The notes under the pieces were generated by a model. The model had not been told where the DNA came from and made no database searches. It saw only the letters and a program-made list of their open reading frames with translations. DNA of 64,000 nucleotides from NCBI GenBank assembly GCA_964019335.1, contig OZ025705.1, forward strand, positions 434,001-498,000, read 5' to 3'. This DNA comes from Diplonema japonicum. Its lineage: Eukaryota > Protista > Euglenozoa: Diplonemea. Positions within the stretch are counted from its first letter, which is position 1. The number at the start of each line of letters is the position of its first letter. The position numbers and the translations under genes are program-made. Positions 1-10,554 of this stretch are shown one piece after another.

Positions 1-946
1 TTTTTTTTTCCCTCCCTTCTCTGCGGTCTTTTATGAGCCAGCTAGGGGAGTGCTAAAAAAAAAAATGAAAATTTTCCAAAAATGAAAAAGGGGGGGTAAG
101 AAAGAAAAAAAAAAGAGCCTTTTTTTTTTCTTGTTTTCAAACTTGCTATTATTTTATTTTGGCAATAAAGGCTCATTCTAGAACGTGGGTGTTTTCTTAG
201 TAATAGACAAGAAGAAAAAAAAGGGGGGGTTAAAAAAGGACGAAAGGGACTTACGTTGCTGGTAACAGAGAGAAAAAGGAGGAAAAAGACTAAATAAAAA
301 AGAAAAATATGGCCCGTAGTTTGCAAAGGTAAACCATTTCCTCAAAGAGAAAAAAATAAAAAAATAAAAAAATAAAAATGGCAGCATCTAATTGCGATTA
401 TGCGGTTTTGAACCATTTTTTTGAATTATTTTGTCGTTAGGAAGTGTACTTTGGTAACCTGTTTTTTTTTCTTTTTTGGCTTATTTTTTTTTTCTGGAAA
501 TAAAAATCAAAAGTACAACGGTCACCCCCCAAAAAAATCTTTTTTTTTCGCCACCCCAGACTTTTTTCGGGCAGCATATGACTTTTTGGAAAAGTTAGGG
601 CCATAAAAAAATGAAAATAAAAAAGGAGGGTGAAATATTTTTAAAAAAAACAAAACACATCCCTTACCATATCTCTTCTCATTTCAAGCGTTTAAAATTT
701 TTTATTTTTTAGAAAAAAAGTTTTCCTTTTTTTTTTGTTTTTGTTTTTTTTGTGTGCAAAAAAACACGACTTTTTTTTTGTCCGAGCGGGAGTTATTTTT
801 TATAAAAAAATAATATGGAACATTATGAGAAAGGAAGCAGGAAGGGAGGGGGGGGAGAAGTTCTAAAAAAAAAGTTTTTTATTAGAAAAAACGCGTCTTA
901 AAAAAAAAACAAAAAAAAAAAAAATGGGGCTTTGATTGCAACACTA

Positions 947-1250
947 GGTGGCGTTAAGCGTGCAATGAAGCACGAACTACCTACTTGATTACAGGGGGCG
1001 CTCCTCGGCCGAGCAGTAGCTTCTTCTGCGTTCCGCGTCGTGTCCTTAATGCGTGCGGTGTGCTCAACCCTAGCCGGGGCGTCACGGGTAACCAAGATTC
1101 TGCGCTCGTGCAGTTTGCTGCCTGTTCGTCACCCTGAGCATCTGCGTTACGTTCTTCCACTCGGGCGCTACCGGTGATGACCGACGAGGAGGTCAACAGC
1201 GAACAACACATCTGATGTACTTCTTATATTTCCATGTTATCCCCACCACC
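947..1250. repeat. Dispersed GC-rich repeat (MITE- or SINE-like), longest copy
   Basis: About 981-1070 closely matches about 8554-8647 (ctacttgatta..gggggcgc..gtagcttcttctgcgttccgcgtcgtgtccttaatgcgtgcggtgt..ctcaaccc). About 1182-1250 matches about 39903-39972 (acatctgatgtacttctt..atatttccat..gttatccccaccacc). Flanked by TA, with short imperfect inverted ends GGTGGCG / CACCACC. Confidence 0.75.
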
Positions 1251-1336
1251 TAAAAAAAATAGGGGGGAATTATTATTTTTTTTCCCTTAGGTTTTAGTTT
1301 TTTTTTTTTTTTTAAATATAGGAGCTTCCCGCTCCC

Positions 1337-1948
1337 TCATACGCTGCCCGCAGCGACGGAGGGGAGGGAGATCCCAAAGAAACCAATATACTCAGTATCA
1401 ATGTTCTCGTCCTTGTTGGTTCCCTCCAAGAGCTGGACAGTAAGGGTGGTAGAGAGGGCGGGCACAGGTGGAACAAATACGTGATGGTCGGACGGAGTAG
1501 TCAGGGTGTACATTTTGTCGTGTACTTTGAACTTTCTAAGAGGTGACGAAAACCCTCTTCCAGCGCCTTTAGCATGGATTTCAGTCAAGAGGAATGGTAG
1601 CTTTGGCTGGCAGACGACCTCAGCAGAGCACACCCCTGAAGCGGTGCAGAAAACTCCTTCAGAAGCCTTCAGCATCAGCTCACACCTATATGCGTGCGAG
1701 TAGGCCCCTCCACTGCTCTTCACAACTTCCAAATCTATTTCCTGGACAGTCCCCTGGAGCACTTCCTTGTAGATGCCCTTGTAGCCGGTCAGCCCTTGGC
1801 ACCCGCTGAACTTGCTTGTCACCACTCCCTCCCAGTACCAGTCTTTCTTTGTCTCCTTTGCCATCCATTTGCATGTGCCCTCCAGCCCCACCAGCTCAGC
1901 TGCATCGCAGTACCCCGCCACTACAGTCCAGATGTCCATGGGCAGCAT
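1337..1948 (-). CDS. F-box domain protein (203 aa), possible beta-sandwich C-terminal domain
   Basis: N-terminal LPMDIWTVVAGYCDAAELVGLEGTCKWM...DWYW fits the F-box pattern; ATG-started ORF with coding-like composition between homopolymer spacers. Confidence 0.7.
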   Translation of the reverse strand: MLPMDIWTVVAGYCDAAELVGLEGTCKWMAKETKKDWYWEGVVTSKFSGCQGLTGYKGIYKEVLQGTVQEIDLEVVKSSGGAYSHAYRCELMLKASEGVFCTASGVCSAEVVCQPKLPFLLTEIHAKGAGRGFSSPLRKFKVHDKMYTLTTPSDHHVFVPPVPALSTTLTVQLLEGTNKDENIDTEYIGFFGISLPSVAAGSV

Positions 1949-2192
1949 TTTTTTTTTTTTTCTTCCCGAAGTAGAGCACTCTGTAGTGGTGTAAGTAAAT
2001 GAGGGGAAAGAATTAAAAAAAAAAAAAAACTAACGTGAAAAAAAAAAAATGCGGTGACGGGGGGGATACAATAGAATGGGGGGGGACGGGCTGGGAAAGC
2101 AGGGGAAGGAGGGGGATCTAAATAAATAGTCTATATGGGTTTCTCTACAAAAAAAAAACAAAAAAAGTGTTAATAATACCCCCCTCCTTAGA

Positions 2193-4706
2193 CTAAGACT
2201 GCATGGCGTCCCAGCGCATGGTGTTCTGGGAGCTACGCCTGATAGGCGATGTGTGTAGGGAGGCTGGGATGGGTGTGGGCGTACGCACACCGGTCTCGGG
2301 AAGGGGGCTGGGGAGCGAGGCAGGAACGTGGACGGCTTCGTGCTGAAGGGAGCTGAGCTGCTGGCGCAAGTTGTCGATGCGAGCATCGCCCCAGTAGTGC
2401 TCGGCACCATGTGTTGCCCGCAGCAAGGTGTCTGTGTCCTGTATGAGCTGCGTGCACATGTCGAGGTCCTCCCCCGGCTGGGACGAGGCGTCGGAGTCGG
2501 TGTCAGCCTCGTGCACCACCACACGGTAGTCGTCGCTCTCATGGACTTCCCCCTCCGCCTGTGCAGGCATCTCCATCTGCACCTCTCTCCCTCGTTCCAT
2601 CTCCCTCCCTTCCCCCGGCTGGCCCTGCTCCTCAGGAAGGATCCCCATCTGCCGCTTCATCACGATGTTCTGGCTCACCATCGCCATCCCCTTCTGCTCT
2701 ATGGCAGCAAAGCACAGCTTGATCCCAGAGACGACTTCAAACAGCTTGTTCCAGTTCTGCCCAGGGTACTTGTCCATCCGGTGGATGGGGATGCCCCGCT
2801 GGCCTGTCTCGCCGATCGCGTCTTCAACGTACACGCGGAACGTGTTGCAGTTCTTCAGCACCTTCGCCAACTTATTGATCAGCTTCACCAGCAGCCCTTC
2901 GAAGGCTGCCAGCGCTGACTGTGCAGCCTCCGTGATGTCAGCTTGTTGGTTGTTCGGGTACTGCCCGTAGTGCTGGTGCATGGGGCGCTGCATGGCTTGG
3001 TTGGCGGGGGGTGTCTGGAGCACGTCCAGGTCGTCAGCAAGTGCCTGCAGCTTGGTGGGTGGCGACATGGCCCCAGCAGGGGCGCCGGATTGAGCAGGGG
3101 CAGAAGAGGGTGCAGGGGGAGGGGGTGGGGGTGAGATTGTTTTTTTCCTCCCTAGTTCTTCCCTAAGGTTGGTCACCTGCAGCTGCAGCCTCTCGATCTC
3201 CAGCTTGTCCGTCTTCAAAGCACTTGGCGACGTTGCTTGCTGCAACCGGTCCTTCTTCAGCTCTGCCACCTCTGCGAGCAGCATGTTCACCTGGTTAGCA
3301 AGCTGCGAGTTGCCGCCCTGCAGCTTGTCCGCATGGTTCCTCTGCACCATGACCTCCTGCTCAAGGTCGGCGATCAGTTGTTCATCCTGCACTGTGCCAG
3401 GCTCCTCAAAGGGCACCGTCTGCGTCTCGACCACTTTGAAGACACCCCGTTGTGTGTACGCTGCCAGCCTCTGCTCTGCTTCTCTCAGCTCATCACGGAG
3501 TTCAGCCTTCTCCTCGCGCAGCCTGGTGTAGTCGTTGAAGACCTCTGCGTTCTCTCTGTTCAGGTTCTGGATGTCCTCAGACGTCTGCCGCCTGTGCTCG
3601 TCTGCCTGTTCCCGCACGGCCTGCAGCGTCTTCATGAGGTGCAGGTACTTCTGTTGATAGTCGTCGCTTTCGCTACGTGCCGCCTGCAGCGCAGCGTGCA
3701 GTGCTTGGCTGTCCTCCCTGAGGACCATGTTCTCCTTGCGGTGTGCCTCCGACGCTCTGGCACCTAGCTTGTCGACCTCGTTCTTCGCCTCTTCGACGGA
3801 CATGTCACGTTTCTTGATTGTTTCTATCGATGTGTGCAGGTCGCGTTCGCGCTGCTCGGAGGCACGCAGCTGGGCGAGGAGGTTGGTCCTGTCCTGGGTG
3901 TGCTCCTGACGTGCGTTGGCCACCTCCTTTGAGAGATGCTCGATCTCCTCCTGCAGTGCCTCGCAACCTGTTTTGTAAGCACCGCACGCCTCGTTTGCCC
4001 TCACGTTCGACGCCTCAAGACGTGCCAGCTTCCTCTTCAGCTGCTGCATCTCCACCTTCATCGTCTTGGCCTCGTTCATGCCTGCAGTGGCAACTGATTC
4101 AGCGGTGATGAGTTTCTTCTCCTGTTCATCGAGGGCCCAGTCTGTCTGCGAGCTGCGTGAGGCGACAGGCGTGTTGAGCCTGTTGGTGACTTCCTGCCGC
4201 TTGCTGATGTAGTGTTGGATCTGCTGGTCTTGGTGTGTGATGGTTTTCTGCAGCTTGTGCAGCTCTCCTTGCAGCCCGTCGCACTTTGCACGAAAGGTCT
4301 CCATGTGTGTCTCCGCCACCTCGGCTTTGCGTTGTAAGGCGATTTCCCTGTCGCGCCACTCGGCGTGGTTTGCTATGAGCGCTTGTGTCGTCCGCGACAT
4401 CTCCACTACCTCCGCAGCCTTGTCCTTCGCATTGTGCTGCGCTGCGTCCAGTTCTGTTCGTAGTGCCGCACGTGCGTGTTCCAACTGTTGTTGTTGTTGT
4501 TGTTATTATTATGTTTTGCATACATTTTGTATCTCGCCCCAAGACGCCCTAAGTTCTACGTCTTTCGCACCAAGTTTCTTCTCCAGCAAATCATTCTGGT
4601 GTTCCAGCTGTGTTTTTAGTTTATTTCAACAAAAAAAAAAAAGAACGCATACTCTCACACATTCCCTGTGCAGTTCAGCAGGGTTCATCATTTCCAGTGT
4701 GCCCAT
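2193..4706 (-). CDS. Long coiled-coil protein (~809 aa), 3 exons: 4706-4653, 4607-4524, 4484-2193
   Basis: Heptad-rich E/Q/K/L ORF. Two phase-0 GTATGC..CAG introns (4608-4652, 4485-4523) join ATG 4706 (MGTLEMMNPAELHRECVR|LEHQND..EIQN|LEHARA) in frame. Confidence 0.8.
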
Positions 4707-6274
4707 TGGTGGCTTCTTCTTTTTTGTTCTCTCTTCTTTTTTTGCTTAATGGGTGCTTCTTGACCACCCTCTGTGTGGTTTCTTTTTATATTCCCCGCTT
4801 TTTTTGTTTTGTTTTCTGTATTTTTCTGGAAAAATCTTGTGGGATTCACAAAAAATGGGGTAAAGAGTATAAAAAAAAAGGGTCGGGGGGGGGACTTATA
4901 GAAAAAGAAAAGAAGACTAGTCACCGATTTCAAAAAGGAACAGAAAGTACTGCGGGGTGAAGAATGACGGGTACAAGGGGGAAGATGAGAAACAAAAAAA
5001 AGGAATACAATCGGTAGCAGGGCTAAGAGGGATACTTAATGTGTCAAAAAGAGTTTTTTTTTCTACTTATTCCTTTAGAAAAAGGAGAAATCACACCTTT
5101 TTGCTTTTTTTTTTTCCCCTTCTTTTTTTTTTAAACACTCCTACTCCCCTTTTCTGAGGTTATCAGGTCTCACCCCCCCCCCCCCCCCCCCAGCACATTT
5201 TTCTTCTTTTTTTTTTCTAAACTACTCCTGCCCGCACTTAAAGAAGAAGAAAAAACAAATAAGAAGCCACGATAACAAACCCCCTTTCCTCTTACTCCTG
5301 CAAAAAAAAAAAAGCAAAAGAAGAGAATAAAACGGTATCAGTCAGTTCTTGCCAAACAGGTAAAAGACGAAAAGCGTGTTATCTAAGGCTTAATACCTTA
5401 AGGTAGTCGTTGGGCTTAATTAATAAAAAAAAAGAAGAAAAATATAAAAGTACCGAAACCAATACCGCATAGAGATGTGAGAGGGAACAAAAAAAAGAAT
5501 GAGGAGGGGGTGGGGGGGGGGGGGGGGGGGACTGTTCTTTTTTGCTTACATTTGTCATTTTTTGTTTTAAATGAGTGGATACCCCCCCCCCCCCCCCCCC
5601 TGCCTTCTTTTTTTTCTTGTTCGCATAATGTTCAAAGAAAAAAAAGAGAGAAAAACAAAAAGAAAGAAACCAACAGAACAGGAACAACTTCATGTGAATT
5701 TAACGCGTTAACCGTAAAAAGAGAAAAAAAAATAGTTTACCTCACCGTTTTACCCTACATGGTGATGATGCAGCTCGATTTTTTTATGAATACACATTTA
5801 TGATATACTGTTGTGAGGACTCCAAGCAAAAGCAAAAAAATTTTTTTTGGAAATCTTAACTTCGGTGGAGGCATTTCTTTAATCGGCGAGGTTAGTGTAA
5901 ATGGTGGGGGGGAAAAAAGAAAAAAAAGGGTGGGGGGGTGAGGGTATTGCAACACGCGAAGCCAAGCATCAAAGCTACCCTGTTCTGCTGGTATTCTCAA
6001 GAAAAAGTTCTTTTTCACCCCCCCCCGATGTTTAACCATAAGAAGAAGAAAACCAAGTTCAAATAAAAAAGATTCCATATGAAACGTAACAACCGATTCA
6101 GTGTTAACGTTAAAAATGGAGAAAAAAGGGGAGTGGGGGAAAAAAAACTTTTTTTTTGGGGGGGAGAACACACTACGAACTATAAAAAAAAAAGAAACGA
6201 AGGAGAAAAGAAGAAGGAAAAAAAAAGAGATTCAGAGGTTAGAACCACCACCCCCACCCCCATCCCACCCCACC

Positions 6275-8140
6275 TTAATATTGACAAGAAACTGGTGCAG
6301 CAGTGTTTCTATAATTCATAAGCAGCGAAAGAACTACACCATTTGTCCACCCAAAGCCCTCCTGAACGTTGTACTCACCACCTGACCCAGGAACACCGGG
6401 GTGGCTGGCATTATATTTTTCAAAGAGAAGTCCTTCCTTGCTGCCCCCTGTCATGTTCCAACCACAGTAATTCGAGGCCAGCCAAACACCGCTGAGTTTC
6501 TGGGCGATCTGAGCCCCCTTCACGGTGTTCGTGTTGAGAACACCTGTAATGATAATATACTGTAAGGGCGCCCAAGCATTGGGCATGTCCCACTGTTGGC
6601 CAGTAGGGTCGTAGGAGGTAGGGATGCCTCCCACCAAAATCGTGCGTTCGATCTCTGCTAGTGTTGCGTCTGTGTTGCCTCCGGGGGGCATCAAGCCTGC
6701 CCACAATGGTGTGAAGTTGGAGGGGTACCGCTGTTGCGACAGACGTTGCGAGGTTAAGTTGTAGTCTTTCCATTGATGAGAAGACCCGTCCCATAGAATA
6801 TCCTGTATGGCCTCCCTGCGAAGGTCACGCAAGGTGGAGTACAACTCGTACCCTTCGGTGTCGTTACGAAGCTTCGACCACCTTGCGACAAGGTCCAAGC
6901 CTTTGTAGATGAAGACGTTGAGATCCACCGGGACAACACTCGCAGTGGAGATACTACGCAGGTCGGTGGATGGGACGCGCATCCATCTTGATGAGAAGTC
7001 CCACCCCGACTCTGCAGCAGAGGCAAGCCCCGACCATATCCTGCGAATGTCATCCGAGCCATTGACGCCCTTTACCGTTTCAACATCTTCGAGGTACGAT
7101 TCTGGTCTCGGCCCGTTGACCTCAACATGGTAGTAGTTCAGAACATGGCCGTCCACCTTGACCCTGTTTTTTTCTTGTAACCACCAGTTCATTTCTTTCG
7201 TTGCTGCGTCCAGTGCTTCTGCAAGCAGGCTGACGTCGCCTGTCACCCCGATGTACCTTTCGACCATCGAGCTGAACAGCGGAGGCTGCGATCTGTTCAG
7301 ATAGTAGATCCTCGCACCGTTGGGGAAGAACCCGTACTTCTCGATCAGCGTCACGAAGTTGATGATGATGCCCCGTGCTGTCTTGAACATCCCTGAGACG
7401 TACAAACCTTCAAGGATCCAATAGGTGTCCCAGTAGTAAAACTCGCGAAACCTCCCTCCAGGAACAATAAACGCGTTAGGAAGCGGTACAGAGGAATAAC
7501 ACTCCGGACACAGCCCTTTGTGATCATACACCTTAGAGAGGTCCTTCCAAATACGGTGTACCGACAAGGCAAAGGACCGCATGGCGGGGTCGGCAATGTT
7601 GTCCAAGAATGCAGGGTTGGGGTTCCAGTCGGGGGGGGTGTAGGGGTGGACGTCCCACCCGGCAGGGAGGAAATTTCGGCTGAGGAGCGCCTTAAGGGCA
7701 ACGGGATCTGATTTATTCGTCAAAGCGTTAAACTCAGCAAGGACAGTGGGGACCGTTGTCTTGATGGGCATGTCGACGAATGTTTTGCTGTCGTTAAAGA
7801 TGCCAGAGAGCTGGATGCTGCGGAGGAGCTCACCTGTACAGTACACCGGATGGGTGCATTCGTCTGGTTTAATTCGGAAATCCCGCCCGTTGTCCATTAT
7901 CTCGTGGCTGAGCATCAGCCCAAAGGTAACGCATACTACAAGGAACAAGATGCCGCATATTCTTACCCCTTTGCTCCTTCGTATTCTCAACCCCACCGAC
8001 CTTGGTTTTTGAACCGGTTTCGGTAACGGACGCTGGACCACCACCATCGCCGGTACTAACCTTGTCCCGTAGAGTTCCTCCTCACTTTCTGTTTCCTCGG
8101 TTTCTTCGTCTTCTTCTTCAAATTCGTCGATCGGTTCCAT
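6275..8140 (-). CDS. TREH: Alpha,alpha-trehalase (GH37), predicted type II membrane protein, 621 aa
   Basis: Motifs DSKTFVD, PGGRFREFYYWDTY, NRSQPP, PRPESY, AAESGWDFSSRW, QWDMPNAWAPLQ, GGEY..QEGFGWTNG; hydrophobic anchor ICGILFLVVCVTFGLML after an acidic N-terminal tail. Confidence 0.95.
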   Translation of the reverse strand: MEPIDEFEEEDEETEETESEEELYGTRLVPAMVVVQRPLPKPVQKPRSVGLRIRRSKGVRICGILFLVVCVTFGLMLSHEIMDNGRDFRIKPDECTHPVYCTGELLRSIQLSGIFNDSKTFVDMPIKTTVPTVLAEFNALTNKSDPVALKALLSRNFLPAGWDVHPYTPPDWNPNPAFLDNIADPAMRSFALSVHRIWKDLSKVYDHKGLCPECYSSVPLPNAFIVPGGRFREFYYWDTYWILEGLYVSGMFKTARGIIINFVTLIEKYGFFPNGARIYYLNRSQPPLFSSMVERYIGVTGDVSLLAEALDAATKEMNWWLQEKNRVKVDGHVLNYYHVEVNGPRPESYLEDVETVKGVNGSDDIRRIWSGLASAAESGWDFSSRWMRVPSTDLRSISTASVVPVDLNVFIYKGLDLVARWSKLRNDTEGYELYSTLRDLRREAIQDILWDGSSHQWKDYNLTSQRLSQQRYPSNFTPLWAGLMPPGGNTDATLAEIERTILVGGIPTSYDPTGQQWDMPNAWAPLQYIIITGVLNTNTVKGAQIAQKLSGVWLASNYCGWNMTGGSKEGLLFEKYNASHPGVPGSGGEYNVQEGFGWTNGVVLSLLMNYRNTAAPVSCQY

Positions 8141-8520
8141 TTACTATTATACTACGGGGGGAGGGGGGGGTGGGGGGGAGGTAAGTGACTTCCCGCTTTT
8201 TTTTTTTCTCACCTGGAAAGTAGGGGTTAAAAAATGGAAGAAGAGTTAAAAAAGGGAGAAAATGGGGGGGGTAAAAGTTTTCTAGGCAGAGACACTCACG
8301 GAAAAAAAAAAAGAAGAAAAAAAAAAGAAAGAAAAGAAGAAAATTTTGAAGTTATGAATTGAAAAAAAAAATATATATATTCTTCTTTGACACCAAACAT
8401 GGGCATTTTTATACGGTAAATGTCATAACAGATAAAAAAAACCCCAAAATTGTAAAGAAATGTTATTTTCTTTTTTCTTTCACCGAGATTTTTCCAAAAA
8501 ATAAATATGAGTTAAAGGAG

Positions 8521-8647
8521 GCCGGTGTTGGCGGCGCCCTGCACAAGTACTGTCTACTTGATTATAGGGGGCGCACCGCGGCCGAATTGTAGCTTCTTCT
8601 GCGTTCCGCGTCGTGTCCTTAATGCGTGCGGTGTACAGCTCAACCCC
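8521..8647. repeat. Partial copy of the dispersed repeat (left/central part)
   Basis: Matches 981-1070. Its left part ggcgccctgc..gtctacttg also matches about 39876-39902, and gccagtgttggcgccctgc recurs near 8918-8936. Confidence 0.75.
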
Positions 8648-8936
8648 AACAAAAAAAAGAAGAAAAAACATTTACCGTATAAATGCCCATAAAAATGGCA
8701 CACGTTGCCACCAACCACACGCTTCGAGTATCAGGGTGGGGGGGTTGTAAAATTAAAAAGAAGGCAGGGGAGTTTTTTTTTTTTTGTCAAGCTTGTTTTT
8801 TTGTGCACAGCGGGACACAAAAGAAAAAAAAAAAGAAGAAGGAAAAAAAAAAAACAAATCGGGGGAAAGGTTCGCGTTTTCAAAAAGAAAAAGGGGGATA
8901 TATAAAAGATAAAGGGTGCCAGTGTTGGCGCCCTGC

Positions 8937-8967
<31 letters not shown>

Positions 8968-9219
8968 AATGTCTAGAGTTCACATCAAAATAATCTTTCT
9001 TCGAGGGAGCGAAAAAGTTTAACGACCCTAGACAAAAGGTACCCCTTTTACACAGGATAACCCTTTAAAGATTACAAAAAAAAATAAAAATAAATAATAA
9101 GAGCAATATGATTCATGGCCTTCAAAAGGAAACGGGTGAGAAGAAGTTATGTCAAGGCCCCCATTTGACTTTTACAACTATCGACAATCTATTTCTATAA
9201 AATCCGCTATTCGTAGTGA

Positions 9220-10462
9220 CTAGAGGTAGGCACCTCTGCCCCTGCCCTGACCGCTTCGCACAGGCTTCTGTGGGGAGGGGGTGGCAGGAGTCTCTGGCTT
9301 CGATCCGCCTCGTCCCGAGGCTTGCTATGTAGTGTGTGTGTAAGAGTTAGAATGAGTTGCATACTCCTCCTCGGCCACCTCGGCCGCCCCTGGTGGGCTT
9401 CTCCTTTGCCTCTTGATGTTTACCCTTCTCAGCCTGGCGCTTGCTCGCGAAACTGCTTCCCTATGTGTTGTTATTTGATGTTTTCCAAACTATCAAACAT
9501 ACCTTCGAGTTCTTCCTTGCAAGTGGTGGCGCCTCTTCAGTCTCCCTCAAGCGCTTTTCTGCCGCTTCCTCCTCACGCCTCACAGTCTCGAGAGCATCCT
9601 TCTCGGCCTGCTGACGTTTCTCTTCCGCTTCAAGAGTCGCAGCCTTCGCCTTCGCGGCTTCTTCTTCTGCTTTTTTTTCAGCCATTTCACGGATCTGCTT
9701 AGCTTCCTGTACCTTTCTCTCAGCTTCCTCTTCAGCTTCCATTGCACTCTGTGCTTCGGCTTCTTTTTCATCAGCCTTCTTCGCTGCTTCCCTTGCTGCT
9801 GCAGCGTCTTCTTCAAGCTTCTTCGAGATCAACACTGCCCTCTCCGCTGCCTCGACCTCTCTTTGTTTCCTCTCAACTTCTTCTTGTGCTTTCTTCGCGT
9901 TTTCTTCAGCTTCCTTCTGCTTCTTCGCTTCCTCTTTGGCTTTTTCTGCCAACTCAGCGGACTTTTCAGCTTCCTCTTTCGCCTTGTTCTTTGCCAGGGC
10001 TTCCTTTTGTTCAGCAGCCTTAAGAGATGCAAGTGCTTCTTGTTCTGCTTTTGCCGCCTGTTGTTTCTTTACCAGCTCTGCCGCTCTCTCCATGGCCTCC
10101 CTTTCCCTCTCTTCACGCTCCTTTGCCGCTTGCTCTGCTGCGTACCTCGTAGCGCGCTCCATGGCCTCTTTCTCCCTTTCCTGTCGCTCAATTTCTGCGT
10201 TCGCCTTTTCCTCGTTGAGGACACGTGTTTTCTCTTCTTCTGCCAATTTTTTGGTGCGCTCTTCGTCCAATTTTGCAGCTTTCTGTGCTGCCTCCTTGGC
10301 CTCCTTATCCTTCTGCTCAGCTGTGTTCTCAACGTTGAGGTTTTTCGCGCTCAGCACTGGGGGCTCTTCTTCCACACCGCCCCTGCCCTTCAGACACAAA
10401 CCCAGACCGATGACACCCACGGCAGCTGCCGCCACTGCCATCTTTTGTTGTTGTTGGTTCAT
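9220..10462 (-). CDS. N-terminally anchored charged coiled-coil protein with C-terminal RGG/GRG motifs (~386 aa), 3 exons
   Basis: Hydrophobic MAVAAAAVGVIGLGLCL, then a long E/K/A/R helix. Introns 9461-9502 and 9325-9364 (GTATG..TAG) extend the frame to ..TRGGRGGRGG|QASGRGG..GQGRGRGAYL*, stop at 9220. Confidence 0.8.
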
Positions 10463-10554
10463 TTTGCTGTGTGGGGATAAGTTTAAAATAGAATGGTCAA
10501 GCTGCAATAAATAAACCCGTATGCAGCGTGTAAGCTATTACTGTGTAACTGATG

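Noticed and set aside
4750-6270. Many F/K/P/G-rich short ORFs in spacers (also 1-900, 8200-9000, 23750-24530, 42800-43700)
   Set aside because: Translations of homopolymer runs with no coding signal.
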